Below are positions 27,325-40,500 of a DNA stretch of 64,000 nucleotides, piece after piece; position 1 is the stretch's first letter; each line of letters opens with the position of its first letter. The position numbers were made by a program, and so were the translations under genes. This stretch comes from Lytechinus pictus (lineage: Eukaryota): assembly GCF_037042905.1 (NCBI RefSeq), contig NC_087251.1, positions 41,790,001 through 41,854,000 of the forward strand. The letters are read 5' to 3'. Below the pieces are notes generated by a model. The model saw only the letters and a program-made list of their open reading frames with translations. It was not told the DNA's origin and searched no databases.

Positions 27325-28640
27325 TTGTTGTCTCACCTGCGTAGCAGAGTGAGACTATTATGATATGCGCCGCTTATTCGACAGCGACGGCGGCATCGTC
27401 AACGTGGAAATAGTCATATTTCCCCTACGGCGAATCGAAAACAGCCGCTTTATTAATTTGGTCTCGCCTGCATAGCAGAACGAGACTATATAGGCACCGC
27501 TTTTCCGACGGCGGCGGCGTCGTCAACGTAGACATAAACGTAGACATAATAGCAATCAAATATCCTGTGCGAGTTTCAGGCCACATGACCAAGGTCAAAG
27601 GTCATATAAGGTCAATTAACTTTGCCCATGTTGGGGGAATTTGTTGAATTGCCATGATGGCATCATACCTTTTAAAGTTTATGGATCCAGTTAATAAAAC
27701 TTGGACATAAGAGCAATCAAGTATCAGCAAACATCCTGTGCAAGTTTCAGGTCACAGGACCAAGGTCAAAGGTCATTTAGGGTCAACAAACTTTGGCCAT
27801 GTCAAAAGGCAATTACTGAAATTCCATCGTTACTGGAAGTTTATGGATCTAGTTCATGAAACTTGGATATAAGAGCAATCAAGTATCAGCGACTATCCTG
27901 TGCAAGTTTCAGGTCACATGACTAAGGTCAAATGTCATTTAGGGTCAATGACCGTGGTATTTTACTATCATATGAATTAACAAAAAAATATATTAAATAG
28001 TTGTTTTTTTCAAAGTCAGCATTGCTGAATGGCGTAATGCAGGCGAGACTGCCAGAGGCGCTCCACTTGTTATTCAAACCACCTATATGTAGCTGGTACA
28101 AAAATAGTAAATCGACCGTTTCCGACTCACCTTACCGCCACCGTAGAGCAAATGTGACTGAGGTATTACCGAAGTTACATTTTTGAAATGTATGGACCTA
28201 TTTCATGAAACTTGAACAATGCTTACACATAAGGCTAATACCGTATCACTGAACATTTTGCAGGTCAAATGACCAAGGTCAAGGGTCAGGTAAGGTCAAT
28301 TAACATTGACCATGTTTAGGGTAGGCCCCTATCAACATTGAAATCTCAACCAAGATTAAGTTTTTGAAATATCCTCATAACTTTTAAAATTATATGGATC
28401 TAGTTCATGAAACTTTGACATATAGTAATCCGGTATCACTTAATTGTCTTGCATGAGTTTCAGGTTACATGATAAAGGTCAAATGTCATTTGAAGTCAAT
28501 AAACTTTGACTATGTTGGGGGTATTTTTGAAATGTCATAACTGAAAGTATCATCAATCGCTGTGCTCAAGTTTCAGGTCACATGATTCAGATAAAAGGTC
28601 ACTTAGGGTCAATGAGCTTTGACCATGTTGGGGGTATTAA
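27325..28640. repeat. Interspersed element(s) with a GTCTCG..CGAGAC terminal hairpin and internal ~130-150-bp degenerate tandem units (Helentron/HINE-like organisation)
   Basis: GTCTCGCCTGCATAGCAGAACGAGAC hairpin; repeated AAGTTTATGGATCTAGTTCATGAAACTTGGA...TTTCAGGTCACATGACCAAGGTCAAAGGTCA. Related copies at about 21000-21500 (reverse) and 60520-61350. Confidence 0.6.
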
Positions 28641-28650
28641 CAATGAATTC

Positions 28651-29246
28651 TTAAAGGTCAAGTCCATCCCAGAAAAAGTGCTGATTTGAATCAAGTGAGA
28701 AAAATCAAACAAGCATAACACTGAAAATTTCATCAAAATAAGATGGAAATTAAGTAATGACATTTTAAAGCTGCGCTTATTCTTTTTACAAAACAGTTAT
28801 ATGCATAACTCAGTGACATGCAAATGAGAGAGTCGATGATGTTCCACACTATTTTGGTTTTTTTTTTATTGTTTGAATAAGACAATACTTCAATTTTTAC
28901 AGATTTGACAATAAAGACCGTCTAGTTTGAACCACAATATGTTAGAAATGGTAATTTAACATATTCAGTGAGGAATAAAACTTTGTTTTACATGACAATG
29001 AGCATAATATTTGAACATTTCATGTAATAAAATACAATAAAAATAGTGACTGGATAATGTCATTGGTCTCCTTATTTGCACACCAGGATGTAAACATACA
29101 TGTTATTATATTGTAAATTAAAGCGAAATTAAAAATGTCATAACTTTCTTATTTTACATCCGATTTACATGAAATTTTCAGTGTTATGCTCGTTTGATTT
29201 TCCTTTTTTTCTATTCAAACCAACTTTTTGTTAGGGTGCCCTTTAA
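28651..29246. mobile_element. TTAA-flanked MITE family A (AGGTCAAGTCC termini, Kolobok-like)
   Basis: Starts TTAAAGGTCAAGTCC and ends CCCTTTAA; long imperfect inverted arms; homologous copies elsewhere in the window. Confidence 0.8.
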
Positions 29247-29479
29247 AGTTCTTTGCCAATTGGGGGAGGGGAGGGGGGGGGGAGGTCGGTTCTTTCCACA
29301 TGAGGCACAATTCCACATCCATTTTAAATGCCAAGCAGATACCACTCTTGCCTAAAGCTGCAACTCTTTTAATATAAGCATAATTATTGTCTTTGATTGG
29401 TTAAGTTTCAGAAACTGTTCAGTGAGGGATTTCCAATCAATCGAAGCCCAATCTACAACACAGTCAAGTAAGCATCCTA

Positions 29480-29718
29480 CACAGCAAAAACTGTGGTGTT
29501 AACCGGTGTACATAGAGGACCACACCAGTTATTTTACACCGGTGTTAAATTGACAGTGTTAGTTTAACACCTACAGGTGTTATTACAACACCTTTGGTTG
29601 TCACATCAACACCCTTTGGTGTTATGTTCAATCCCTAGGGTGTAATTTTAACACCTCAGGGTGTGGTCCTCTATTAACACCAACTGGTGTCAGTTTGAAC
29701 ACCTCAGTTTTTACAGTG
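29480..29718. mobile_element. Short MITE, CAC...GTG termini, TA flanks (CACTA/CMC-like)
   Basis: TA|CACAGCAAAAACTG ... CAGTTTTTACAGTG|TA with internal AACACC/GGTGTT repeats. The end of a similar copy is at 1-70. Confidence 0.7.
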
Positions 29719-32189
29719 TAGATTAGTAGACCCCCAAAATCATTCTATTTTGGTTAGGATATCCTCTGTTGAGACTTTGTGTGGCTACGTGGTATCCTCT
29801 CCCTCCATGTGTAGGAGGATGACTGAAAAAATATCAGAAAATGTTTAGTCTGAAGAAACAGCACCTTTTTGTTTTCAGTCTACCTAGGTAGTTACCAACC
29901 ATACAAGACAGAATACAGAGATCATGGGGGGGGGGGAGCAAAATGGCCACGCCCTTCCTTTGTATATAAGTTAGCATTTTACTGACGAGGAACTATCGTA
30001 AGGGCGATTCCATGCTAGAAAAATCAGCTATTTTCGCAACATATTTCAACCTATTGTCCAAACAAACAAAGAACTTCAATTTGTTTTGTGGTAATAATAA
30101 TGTACTACTGGGTAGACATGAAAAATGACAGCCAACAAAAATATGCTGTCCATGGGTGAATTAGAGGTGAAACGTTGCGTGTCGTCCCGTACGACACACA
30201 ACATATTCGCCCTTAATTCAGCCATAATCAAATATTTTTTGTTGGTAATCTTTTTCACATGACTACCCACTATAACTTTATTATTGACCAAAAATAATTT
30301 TTCATTCCTCAAGCAATCAGCTAAGAGACTAGAAATTGTTGACAAAATGTCCGGTACGACACGTATGGAATCGCCCATAAGATCATTGAAGGCTATGTTG
30401 CCCTTAATCCACTGACCGGAAAATGCATAAGACGGTCATGATCATGATAATTATCAGCCATTTCACATACTTTGCAAGTACTCAATTTCAGGAGTAAAAA
30501 TATGCATTGTGAAAAGTAATAAGAATGACAGTGGTCAGGAAAAAAACCCTATTTCGCCTATTATGCAGCCAGGATTCGCAGTTTAAATTTCTGTCCATGG
30601 TCTCATAAAAAATTTATAACGTGATAACAGATTGTATGACTTTCAAATCCGTGTGGGTCAGACACCGAAACTGAATCCCTCGGGTGGATGATAATTAATT
30701 ACCTCATTGTTATAATTTTTATCAATATCATCCTTTTTTTTCAGATTCGATTGTCTCACTTCAACCTGGTCTCCTGAGCATGGATGATCCGCCACCAAAA
30801 GCTAACATTTCTTGGCGATGATTTCCCTTCAAGACATCCCTACTCAAACCAAACAAGGTTGAGAATCTTCTAAAACCAAACTAGTCGGGTTACGGTGTTC
30901 TGCATGAATTCGTGATTGGGTGTATGTATATACGTGTGTATTTGATTATCACAGGTGATTATTTCTGTCTGGGACTGACCTTCAACGTTGGTGAAACGAC
31001 ATTTGCTTATGTGACAATTGCTCCAGGCTTTTTTTTTCTTCCAAGATGTAGGGTTAGGGTTGCAATAGAATAGGGTTTTGTTAGGTTTAGGGTAGGGTAT
31101 AGTGTTAAACCCTGGGTTGAAGTTGGTCATTTGTCATGGAACTTCAACTTCATCATTCGAAAGATGTCAAATTGTAACATCCCCATGCAGCTAGGATTAG
31201 AGGCGGATGCCCTAACGCCCAGTTTTGGAGTGCACTACTTCTTACGTAGGCTTTTGACAAGGGTCACTCTGCATCAGACAGACAGATTGCTACTGCAGTC
31301 TCAGCCTAGATAATAAGTTAAAGTAACAAGGGCTGAAAGCAAATTGAGTTTAAATGATAGCCTATAATCCTAGCAGAGCCTGCAGTAGATAAGGGCCTTA
31401 ACACTAGTGGGTGGATCCCTCAATGGACAGGAATAAACTTCTTTTCTGGGGATTTATTTAATAATATCTGACATTTTACCATCATCCACAGAGTGTAGCC
31501 AATGAAATTCAGCAGAACAGCTAATTGTACAAAGTCCGAAGCTTATGGTCTAAGGCTGCAGATATTATCTTCACTTTCACAAGTTTAAGGTGGCAAGATT
31601 CTGTATTTACTGTTACACTGTTACTTAAGCGATACGTCTACAAGACTACAGAGCACTATTTGTAGTCTCGCCACATCAGACGTATAGCTTACACGTAGTG
31701 TAACACCAAAGGCAAAATCTGCAGCCCCCGCCAAGATGATAGGCTAAGCCAAGGATGCCACAAATTTACTTTCTATAACTAGGTCTACTCTATCCTCAAT
31801 ATACATCACAGTTTTATCCAAACTATAATTCAAACAAAAAAGGCTCAGCTTGTATACAGTGGTGACACCAGTATTGTTAAAGTGGGGTAGAATGGCAACT
31901 GGATTGCAATTTACGAAATGTTGGGGAGTAGGGGCAGATAATTATTTTTTATGTGCACCACAGAATTGTTAAGATTTCAATGTCGACGCCAAAAGAAAAG
32001 CAGGGCCAGTAGTCAAGTTCTCCAAGCGAAACGTTAAAAATGTATGTGTGATGCATCATGCATGCAAGTGAACATAGTAAAATATTGTACCTTACACAGT
32101 GATCTTTTGTGAAATATTATTTGGATTTTAATAGAATGCACATATAAGTTTAGCTTCTCTCTTTTATACATCCAGTATATAGTTTCTTT

Positions 32190-32505
32190 TTTATAATAAT
32201 TATTATACCAACGTGCTTGAATAATGCATATCATTGCAAAATGCGTCCCTATGCGCTCTTTGAAGGAGACAGAAAAGCTAAGAAAAGAGCGAAAATTGCA
32301 TATAATAGTGGCACTAAGTCATTCAATACACTTTTAATAAGTTTGTTTTGAAGATGGATATAGACTTAGGGGTAAGAAGAGTTGCGTGATGTGGAAATGT
32401 TTCTTAGTACAGGAAACTAACCATGCTGCTGAGTTTTGAATTACTTGCAATTTGTTAATTTGGGAATCGGGCATCCTATAGAGTAAATATGATATATTAC
32501 AAGAT
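32190..32505 (-). mobile_element. Degraded L2-like LINE 3' fragment
   Basis: PDSQINKLQVIQNSAAWLVSCTKKHFHIT resembles the conserved L2 ORF2 C-terminus. Confidence 0.6.
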
Positions 32506-32955
32506 ACACCAAGTATATGAAATGTTATGAGCTGCTGTTTCATTTACCCACAATGGGTCAGATTTTTTTGTACATCTACACATGTAGACAAATTAAACTT
32601 TCATCATTACATACATCTCAGAGCTTCTTTTTGTTTTATTCAATTTATGGAGTATTGTACAAATTTAAGTCAATTTTTACCCGAGGGGAGGAATATTTTA
32701 ATTTGTCAAGAATCACCTGATGTTCAATTAATCCTAAATTAACCCTGTAAGGGGCCTTCATATCTCCCCCATATTGTGTCTGTATAATCATGTGTGTATT
32801 ATCAAATTGCAAACTACATTATGTTCTCCAACCTGACCACCACACCTTCTGGTCCCACGGTGATAATGACATTCCTTCCATCCCCAGACCAAGTGTGTAA
32901 ACATTGACCATACTATATTACCCCCATCATAAACAACCCCTCGTTCTATCCATCT

Positions 32956-33226
32956 GGGCCCAGTCTTACAAAGAGTTGCGATTGATCCGATCAATCACAA
33001 CTATGGCCGGCCAGCAATGTCAATATCTATTATGCATGTTTGTTCAAAATATGTTCTAACTATGATGTATATTCATGCATTCATTGTTTTCTTGAAAATT
33101 CACTGTGCTTCTCTTTGCTTACAAAGGACATTGTGCAAATTTCCTGAGGAAAAAATTATGACACTGATGGATTTCCATAGACTTACGATTGATTGGATCA
33201 ATCGTAACTCTTTGGAAGACGGGCCC
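32956..33226. mobile_element. GGGCCC-terminated MITE (Harbinger-like)
   Basis: GGGCCCAGTCTTACAAAGAGTTGCGATTGATCC ... GGATCAATCGTAACTCTTTGGAAGACGGGCCC. Confidence 0.8.
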
Positions 33227-33663
33227 CTGGTCTATACCCCCATTATCACCATGCCACTCAGAAAATATTATGTAACCATGTACACTGTATAACATGTTTT
33301 AGTTTAGTGGAGAATAAAGTCACCGAGTTGTGATTGTGACTCCAAGCCAAGCAGTCATGCCCAGTTCTTGAGTAGAGATCGAGACCGAGTACGAGATCAA
33401 GTGTGTATCAGAGTCAGAATACACATACACAACCCCCCCCCCCTCCCCTTGATTATGTTGAGACCAAATTTGCATAATACAGGTAGAGCATAGATACAAC
33501 CTAAAATCCACATTACTTATTGAATCTTTGGTTCAATGCAGCTGGTTCAATAAGAGAAACTCTTTACTCCTTTTGATAAAAGTTGGCTCTGGAAGACAAT
33601 TAAAAGGAGTGCACGATGGCAATATGGCCTTCCTCCTGAACACGGGTCCATCATAAATCGTCA

Positions 33664-34260
33664 GTGATTTTACGAACCAGCACAAAACCTTCCTTGGTCC
33701 CAATATACAATTTCGAGATAATCGCGTTCAAAGTTTGGATGTTTTTTCAGATGCTCGTAACTTCACGCTTTGAAAGGAACCAGAGCAATTACTCAAACCA
33801 ATTGAAAGCATACATTCTATTCTTTTATAATATACAAAATTTTGTCCGCAAATCAAATTTTTTTCATCAATATTTGAAATGAAGCGCAGGTATGCATTTC
33901 AGGAACTGTTTATTTTAACGTAAATCAGGAGGTTTGTGCCATTTCATAAAATCATGCGCATTGTTAAATACTGAGTTTTTAGCTAAACCACCGTTTCTGC
34001 CAGTTCGTAAAATTATTAAATGCATACACGCAACATCTAGGTCAGGTTATTGACCTCTGCGAGTCATTCCATAGACTGCTATAGTACAGAAACAATGGTT
34101 CAGGCCGGTTCGTAAAATCAGAGGGGTATGTGCCGTTTTGTACGAAATTTGAATATGTTCTGAAGTAATTCAATAGAGTTAATGATGGACTTTCATATGC
34201 AAAAACCTCAATTTCAAATATCTGACCAAAAATTAGGTTTGTGCCTGTTTGTAAAATCAC
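33664..34260. mobile_element. MITE downstream of the SLIRP-like stop codon
   Basis: GTGATTTTACGAACCAGCACAAAACCT ... AGGTTTGTGCCTGTTTGTAAAATCAC inverted ends. Confidence 0.75.
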
Positions 34261-34279
34261 AAAAAAAAAACTGTGAATA

Positions 34280-34436
34280 AGTTTATACTCATCGATATTT
34301 GAGTGAGTTCCTCATCAATATTTGAGCAATTTACTCTTCTATATTTGAGCGAGTTACTCATCAATATTTGAGTGAGCCAGTTCCTCATCAATATTTCAGC
34401 GAGTTACTCATCAATATTTGAGCGAGTTCCTCATAA
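34280..34436. repeat. 23-bp minisatellite just 3' of the SLIRP-like stop codon
   Basis: Unit GAGTTACTCATCAATATTTGAGC, about 6 copies. Confidence 0.9.
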
Positions 34437-34469
34437 TTGTTCAAATGAGCATCCAACCATCTGAAAGTA

Positions 34470-34550
34470 TCAATGTCCATTTTCCATCACATCTGATATC
34501 TGTAATTTCTTCACAGCTGGTGAGGAGCTCTGTTTGGCTTGCACATTCAC
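34470..34550 (-). CDS. SLIRP: SLIRP-like exon 4 (terminal)
   Basis: TAG acceptor; VNVQAK supplies RRM beta-4; TGA at 34472-34470. Confidence 0.75.
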   Translation of the reverse strand: MNVQAKQSSSPAVKKLQISDVMENGH

Positions 34551-37500
34551 CTAATGGTACAAAATGAACGATATGGAAACAAATAATATATATATTTCAT
34601 TTTTACAAAAGGAAGAAAATAGACAAACATATAAATATGAATGAAAACATGAAGGTAATTTATAAACACAATCTGAAAATGCACAGATAACTAACATTTT
34701 GTACACAGTGACATTCACATTGCATAACATGGCGGGAATCAATTCGTGCTACATGTAATTGGATTCTGAAGTCTATCACCCCAAATTGATTGTAAAACTA
34801 AAATGTTTCTTAAGAGAGGATAGTGAATTATAAAAGGTCGATTTAGATCAATGCAAAGTGTTAAAAAATCCTTAAAAACACACAAAGGGAGAATACTTGC
34901 TTGAAAATTTGCAGAGTAGATTTCATTTAAATACTAAACTATGAGGGGGGTATTCTGAAAAGTGTCAACTTTTTTTGTAAATTTTCTTCCAACTCGGCAA
35001 GATGAAAGCTCGCTAATATTATCTCCAATCAGTAATCTGTCTTATCGCTGTACAGACATCCCATATTTTATCTCTGAAATGCCATTTTTTGTTGTTGAAA
35101 CCAATTATCTGTTATACATGATTTAATCAACCAATAGAAGCATCTCTTCTGTAAAAATGTTTAGCGCATTATTGGCATGAGGTGCAACATAATTTTCATT
35201 GCACCCCTGATGCATTTGAGTTTGCCCTACTGAGCTGAAAAATAAACGTGGCTATTCTCCCAGACCCATTTTCTTTGAAAAGATTCATCATCTCAAATGA
35301 AATATTTAAATTGCTGAAAAGTCTGCTAATCCATCTCTGTAGTTTCTTTGGAATGTCTCAATTTGAAAAAAAAGTTCTTATGGGATCTAGCAAGCAATTA
35401 CTATTTTTGACCGAAAAATGTTGCATGCAACATTAAGTTACAATAACCCCCTAACTAAAGTCTTGTACATCAAAAAAATAGAGAATTTTCAGAATATTTC
35501 GACATAACATAAAAAGGTACCCCGAAGGATAAAAAAAAAATTGTCATTTTGTTGATTTTTTTTAAAGGTTGTAACCTGGGTTGCCAAAAAGTGGGAAATT
35601 ATTTTGGTGTGATTTTTTTTTCAACATTCGATTCTGCCAAATATTCTTGTAGAAATCTGTATTTTTGTCTTTCTTCTCAAATTATGAGTACTTATTCTAT
35701 TATTGTCTCTATTGACACTTGCCTTCCAAAGAAAGGCTACCACATCAGCGGCCTGCTTGTCCCTTATGTCCTATATTGAAAAGATCGTGCTTGCTCAATT
35801 TTTTGGCCCTTGAAATCTTCCGTCTTTTAAGTCCTTTCCCTGTAGTAAATCCCCATATCCACCATCACCTTCCATCAATGACATTTTTAAGTTTTAAAGT
35901 TTGACAGTAAACAATGTCGATGATGCAATGTTTTTTTTAGGAAGACGATGATGCGATGTTTTTTAAAGGGTACGTGCAATAAAATCAAGTTCTTATTTAG
36001 CCGCAGGAGGCGACATCGAAGCCAACTAGTGTTGGCCACTGTAGTGTGCTTGTGATAGCGAGCGAGTGGTAGTGCGCGCATTGCATGAGCACTGCGTACA
36101 TAACTCTCAGGTTGTACTCGAATGGACTGGAATGGGTAACGCGTGGTACACGAGTTATCTTGCGCACAGAGAGATTCATGCGCCGTTGTCAGCTTTACAC
36201 ATATCTTAAGCTCTGACATCATTCACCCGACATGAAACGATAAAAGAATGTTCAGAATGCGGATTTCATTGCAGATATAAGATTATTTGTCATAAGAATA
36301 TTTTCAGAATACAGCCCCAGGTTTTTTTTGTAAATTTCTTTGTTAAGGGAAGAATTCAAGCTCACTTAAACTATTCCAGGGAGTGTTTCATGAAGTGACT
36401 CATTGCAGGACTTTTCACTGAAAACTGTTATAAGCTACTGAAATCATTGCATCTGATTGGTTGAGAGCAGTGATGATCACTATCATGACACCTCCCCTTT
36501 TCTAAAGGAAATAACTGCCTTTCACATACCTTTTGTCCATCCAGTATGTGTTGATCTTTGTTCAGAGCTGATTGGATTCCTGATGTATTACTAAAGCTAA
36601 CAAAACCAAACCCTTTAGAGAAACCAGTTGAATCATCCTATAGATATAAACAAAAAAAAGAAAAGACAGGCATAGGTAAATATTCCATTGATGAGCACAT
36701 TCACCCCTGGATGAAGATTTTGACAAAAAAAATTATGTAGGTGGATAGCGCACGTATCCACCTTGTTAGGTGCTAAAGGCGCTCCTATATTACCCTGGGC
36801 CCGGCTAAGCTATTCACCGATTCCGTTGCTCAGGGCTTTTTGAGGAATTACTTCCTGCCGGTACCCATTTGCCTCACCGGGGTTGAGTGCAGTACAATGT
36901 GAGTATTAACATTTCTTGCTGAAGGAAAACACGTCAAGGTTGGGAATGATTCCGAATCAAATCCATGTCCCTCAGATTGAAGAAATTTATCCACATTGTG
37001 CTGCACTCGACCCAGGTGAATTGAATGGGTACCCGGTAGGAATTTATTCCTTGAACGCTTTAGCGCCTATTAATATGGCGGCTCAGCTACAGCCGGGGTA
37101 ATAATATGATACCAAGTATCAAAGCGCAGTTGAGTATATGCACATAGTAACTACGCTATATAAATGGACATATTATTATTATTGAAAGACGAGTCTTAAC
37201 CACTAGACCAAAACGCCCCAACTGATATTTTAAATACAGGACAGGTACCAATAATCTTGCTCTGAATTTTTTTGTTATTTTAGAGCTTCCTTCAACATTG
37301 GATGTGGGCAAACATGTCCACAGAAAATTTACAAGAACGATCATCTTCCCTCCTCTCCACAAAAAAATGAAAGAAACCCACAGAAGATAGATACTTACAA
37401 AGGCTATTCTGCAATTCCTCACAGGTCCAAATTGAGAAAAATAGGTTCGCATCTCCTCTGTAGGAAATGAAATGAAAGAGTGATTTAGGTAAAACACAAT

Positions 37501-40500
37501 AACAGTAAATAATAATACATAGGATTTATAATAATACAAAGGATTTATATAGCGTCTTTGATGATATTTTAAAAGGGGAATTCAACCCCATTGGAAACTC
37601 TTTTTAAATGAAAATGTGACCCTTTTAAACCAGTTAAATTCATAGAAAAATCAAAGAAACAAAGAAAGTTTGAGGAAGATTTAAAAGTTATGAGTATTTG
37701 AATATTGAAAATCACTTTAGACCCTTCCATTGACAATGCTAATTTATTTACAAGAACTTATTCAGACTTCAAAATTACCGAAAATAATTTTTTGTAATCA
37801 CTCCGAACCAAGCAGGTAAGTTCTTGAAATTATGAGGATAGGCCTATACAATATGGTCCGACTAGCGAGCAGGGTGCGTGATTCAAAATGGTTGGCCCAG
37901 CCGCCCACAACTACTAAGTTCATTGGCCTTAAATGACCTTTAACCTTAATCATGTTTTGCAAAATCCTGAATATGAAATGCATGCTGTAAACATGCTCGC
38001 TTTTTAGAATGGAAACGCATGGAGCTGTCTAAGTTTTAGAGACGGAAGAGGCCAGGGGTCTCAACACAGGGACAGGTTAGCCATAACTTTATCAACTAAC
38101 CACGGAGTTGGCTCCAATACACCCGTTTCCTAAAAGGTTTCCTAACAAGAATCCCCTGATATCAATACTATCAGCATAAAGAGCAGACAAGATGTAGCCT
38201 TGGTCACAAAAAAGCATAATTTAAAAAAAGCAAAATTATGATAAAACTTAAATTATTGTGACAAACTGGGAAATACATTTAGTGAAAATAACAACAGAAG
38301 CAAAGTCATGTATGCATCATACATATTTAAACTATGAAGACTGGAGCATTTAACTGCTGAAAAAATGAATTATGAATAATTCATTTCATTACTAAAAAAT
38401 CACATCTGGATGTTGAGATGGGTACCACCAGGATATAAAATTGTAATAGTTTAAGCAGGTGGTTTATGGAAGTAAACCATATAGGTTTCTCTTGTAAAAT
38501 CATAATTGGTCGCATGTCATTAGGTGGTCCAATTTCATAAACGGGGTAAAAATGGGCCAAAAAATTATTTATTGATATGTTATAGGTATTACCATTCTGT
38601 AAATAATGAAAAAGTTTTGAGTCTCAAATAACCTTTATTTTTCCTTAAAATTATTAACAGCTTATGCAAATATGAATTTTGAAATGCGTTTTTCTCAAAT
38701 TGGACCTGCTGCACATACAATGGTTTCTGGGGAGTAAAAGTCATCTACTCTACGTAGGCTTACTCCCCATGAATGCATATATTCCATCCATTATTTCTTC
38801 ACCCTTGTTTTTTTTTTCTTCCTTCTTTCAGCCCTTTCTCTTTCTTTCATTCATTCCTTCCTTCTTTCTTTCTTTTGTTCTTTCTTTTTTCCCTTCGTTC
38901 AATCTATCCTTTTACCTTTTCTTTCTTTTTTTTTTTACTGCTTGCTTCCTTTCTCTCCTTTCGTTCTTTCTTTCATTCCTTCCTTTCTTTGTGTCTCAGT
39001 CTTTTTTTTCTTCCTTTTATCTATTCTTTTAGCTTTTCTTTCTTTTTTATATTGCTTGCTTGCTTCCTTCCCTTCCTTCTTTCCTTCATTCTTTTTTCCT
39101 TCTATCATTTTACCTTTTCTTTATTTCTTCCTTAATTCCTTCTTTCAATCCTTCCTTCCTCCATCTCTTTCTTTCTTTTTTCCTTCTTTCCATCTCTCAT
39201 TTTACCCTTTCTTTCTTTTTTTATTGCTGCTTCTTTCTTTCCTTCACTACTTTCTGTCTTTTGTTCTTTCTTTCTTTATTGCTTGTTTCACTTCTTTCCT
39301 TCATTCCTTTATTTCTTTTGTTCTTTCTTATGTTTGTTCTTTCTTTCCTTCCTTCCTTTCCTTCTTTAGTTCTTTCTTTTTTTCCTTCCTTCACATCTAT
39401 CCTTTCTTTACCGTTTCTTTTTTCTTCCTTCCTTCCTTTCTTTTATTCTTTGTTTGTTTCTTTTTTTCTGTCTTGCTTTCTTTTTGTCTTTCATTCCTTC
39501 ATTTTTTTTTTGGGGGGGGGGGATAACAAGAAAGGACAGCAAAATAAACTCGCGCCTTTTAAAAATGTTTTCTTTATTTTTTGGGACCAGTAGATTTTAG
39601 GTTCGGACCAGTAAAAAATTGAAAAACTGGTCCAACATGAATAGGTTGGACCAGTAGAAAAAAAGGGTTAGTGTGGAGCCCTGCAATATCGATATCACAT
39701 TCGTAAATTGTTGATGCACTCTCCGTTCGTTTGTAAATTTCTCATATTTTGGCTGCCATTTTTTGGGAGTGATTCTGGTGTCCAAGTCGCAAGTAAACAT
39801 CGGTAAAGTACCATTTTCATACCTTTTAATCTATTTCGTTGAAAGTCATTCATTGATTATATATGAAAGATTGATATCTTTTTACTGTAGTTTATAAATC
39901 CTTACCTTAGTCTTAGAGTGTAAATTCGATGTAAAAAAGCATATCGAAGTGTGGACAGTTAATCGGCAAAAGGGAGGATGAGATAACACATGCAAGCTCA
40001 CACTAACACACTACCGTCGGTGAATGGGGATGATAGTAAAATGTCAGAAATTGTTGAAATCCCCAGAAACGACGGTTATTCCTGTCTAGCCACATGAGCC
40101 AGGGCCCAGGGTCAAACTCTTTTTCTAATTATATGATACGGACCGTGAAGACAAACATCGATAGAATAGAGGAGGTGCATGATTTGCATTTTTTAAATAA
40201 TCTGGGTGTTATGAAGATTTTCGTGACGACGACGCAGAGTCAGAGATACCACATTGTTGTACCTCTGCGTCATCGTCACGAAAATCAGCATGCTCGCATC
40301 CGAGGCTCCGCGCTCCCGGCCCGCCGGGCGCCAGCGTAATATCGAGTCGATAGCCTGCCGGGCTGCCTCGGATAAGTGTGGGCCGGGGGAAGCTCCGGTA
40401 TAATCGGGCTTGGAAAGTCAGTTCACAAATACCGGTAAGTGGCTAAAACAGGGGCAATATACTTACGCACACCGACAGTCCATGGCAATTTAGAAACAAA

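Noticed and set aside
38679..39593. Long Phe/Leu/Ser-rich ORFs resembling membrane proteins
   Set aside because: They are stop-poor (TTTC)n low-complexity sequence, open in several frames, inside SLIRP-like intron 1.
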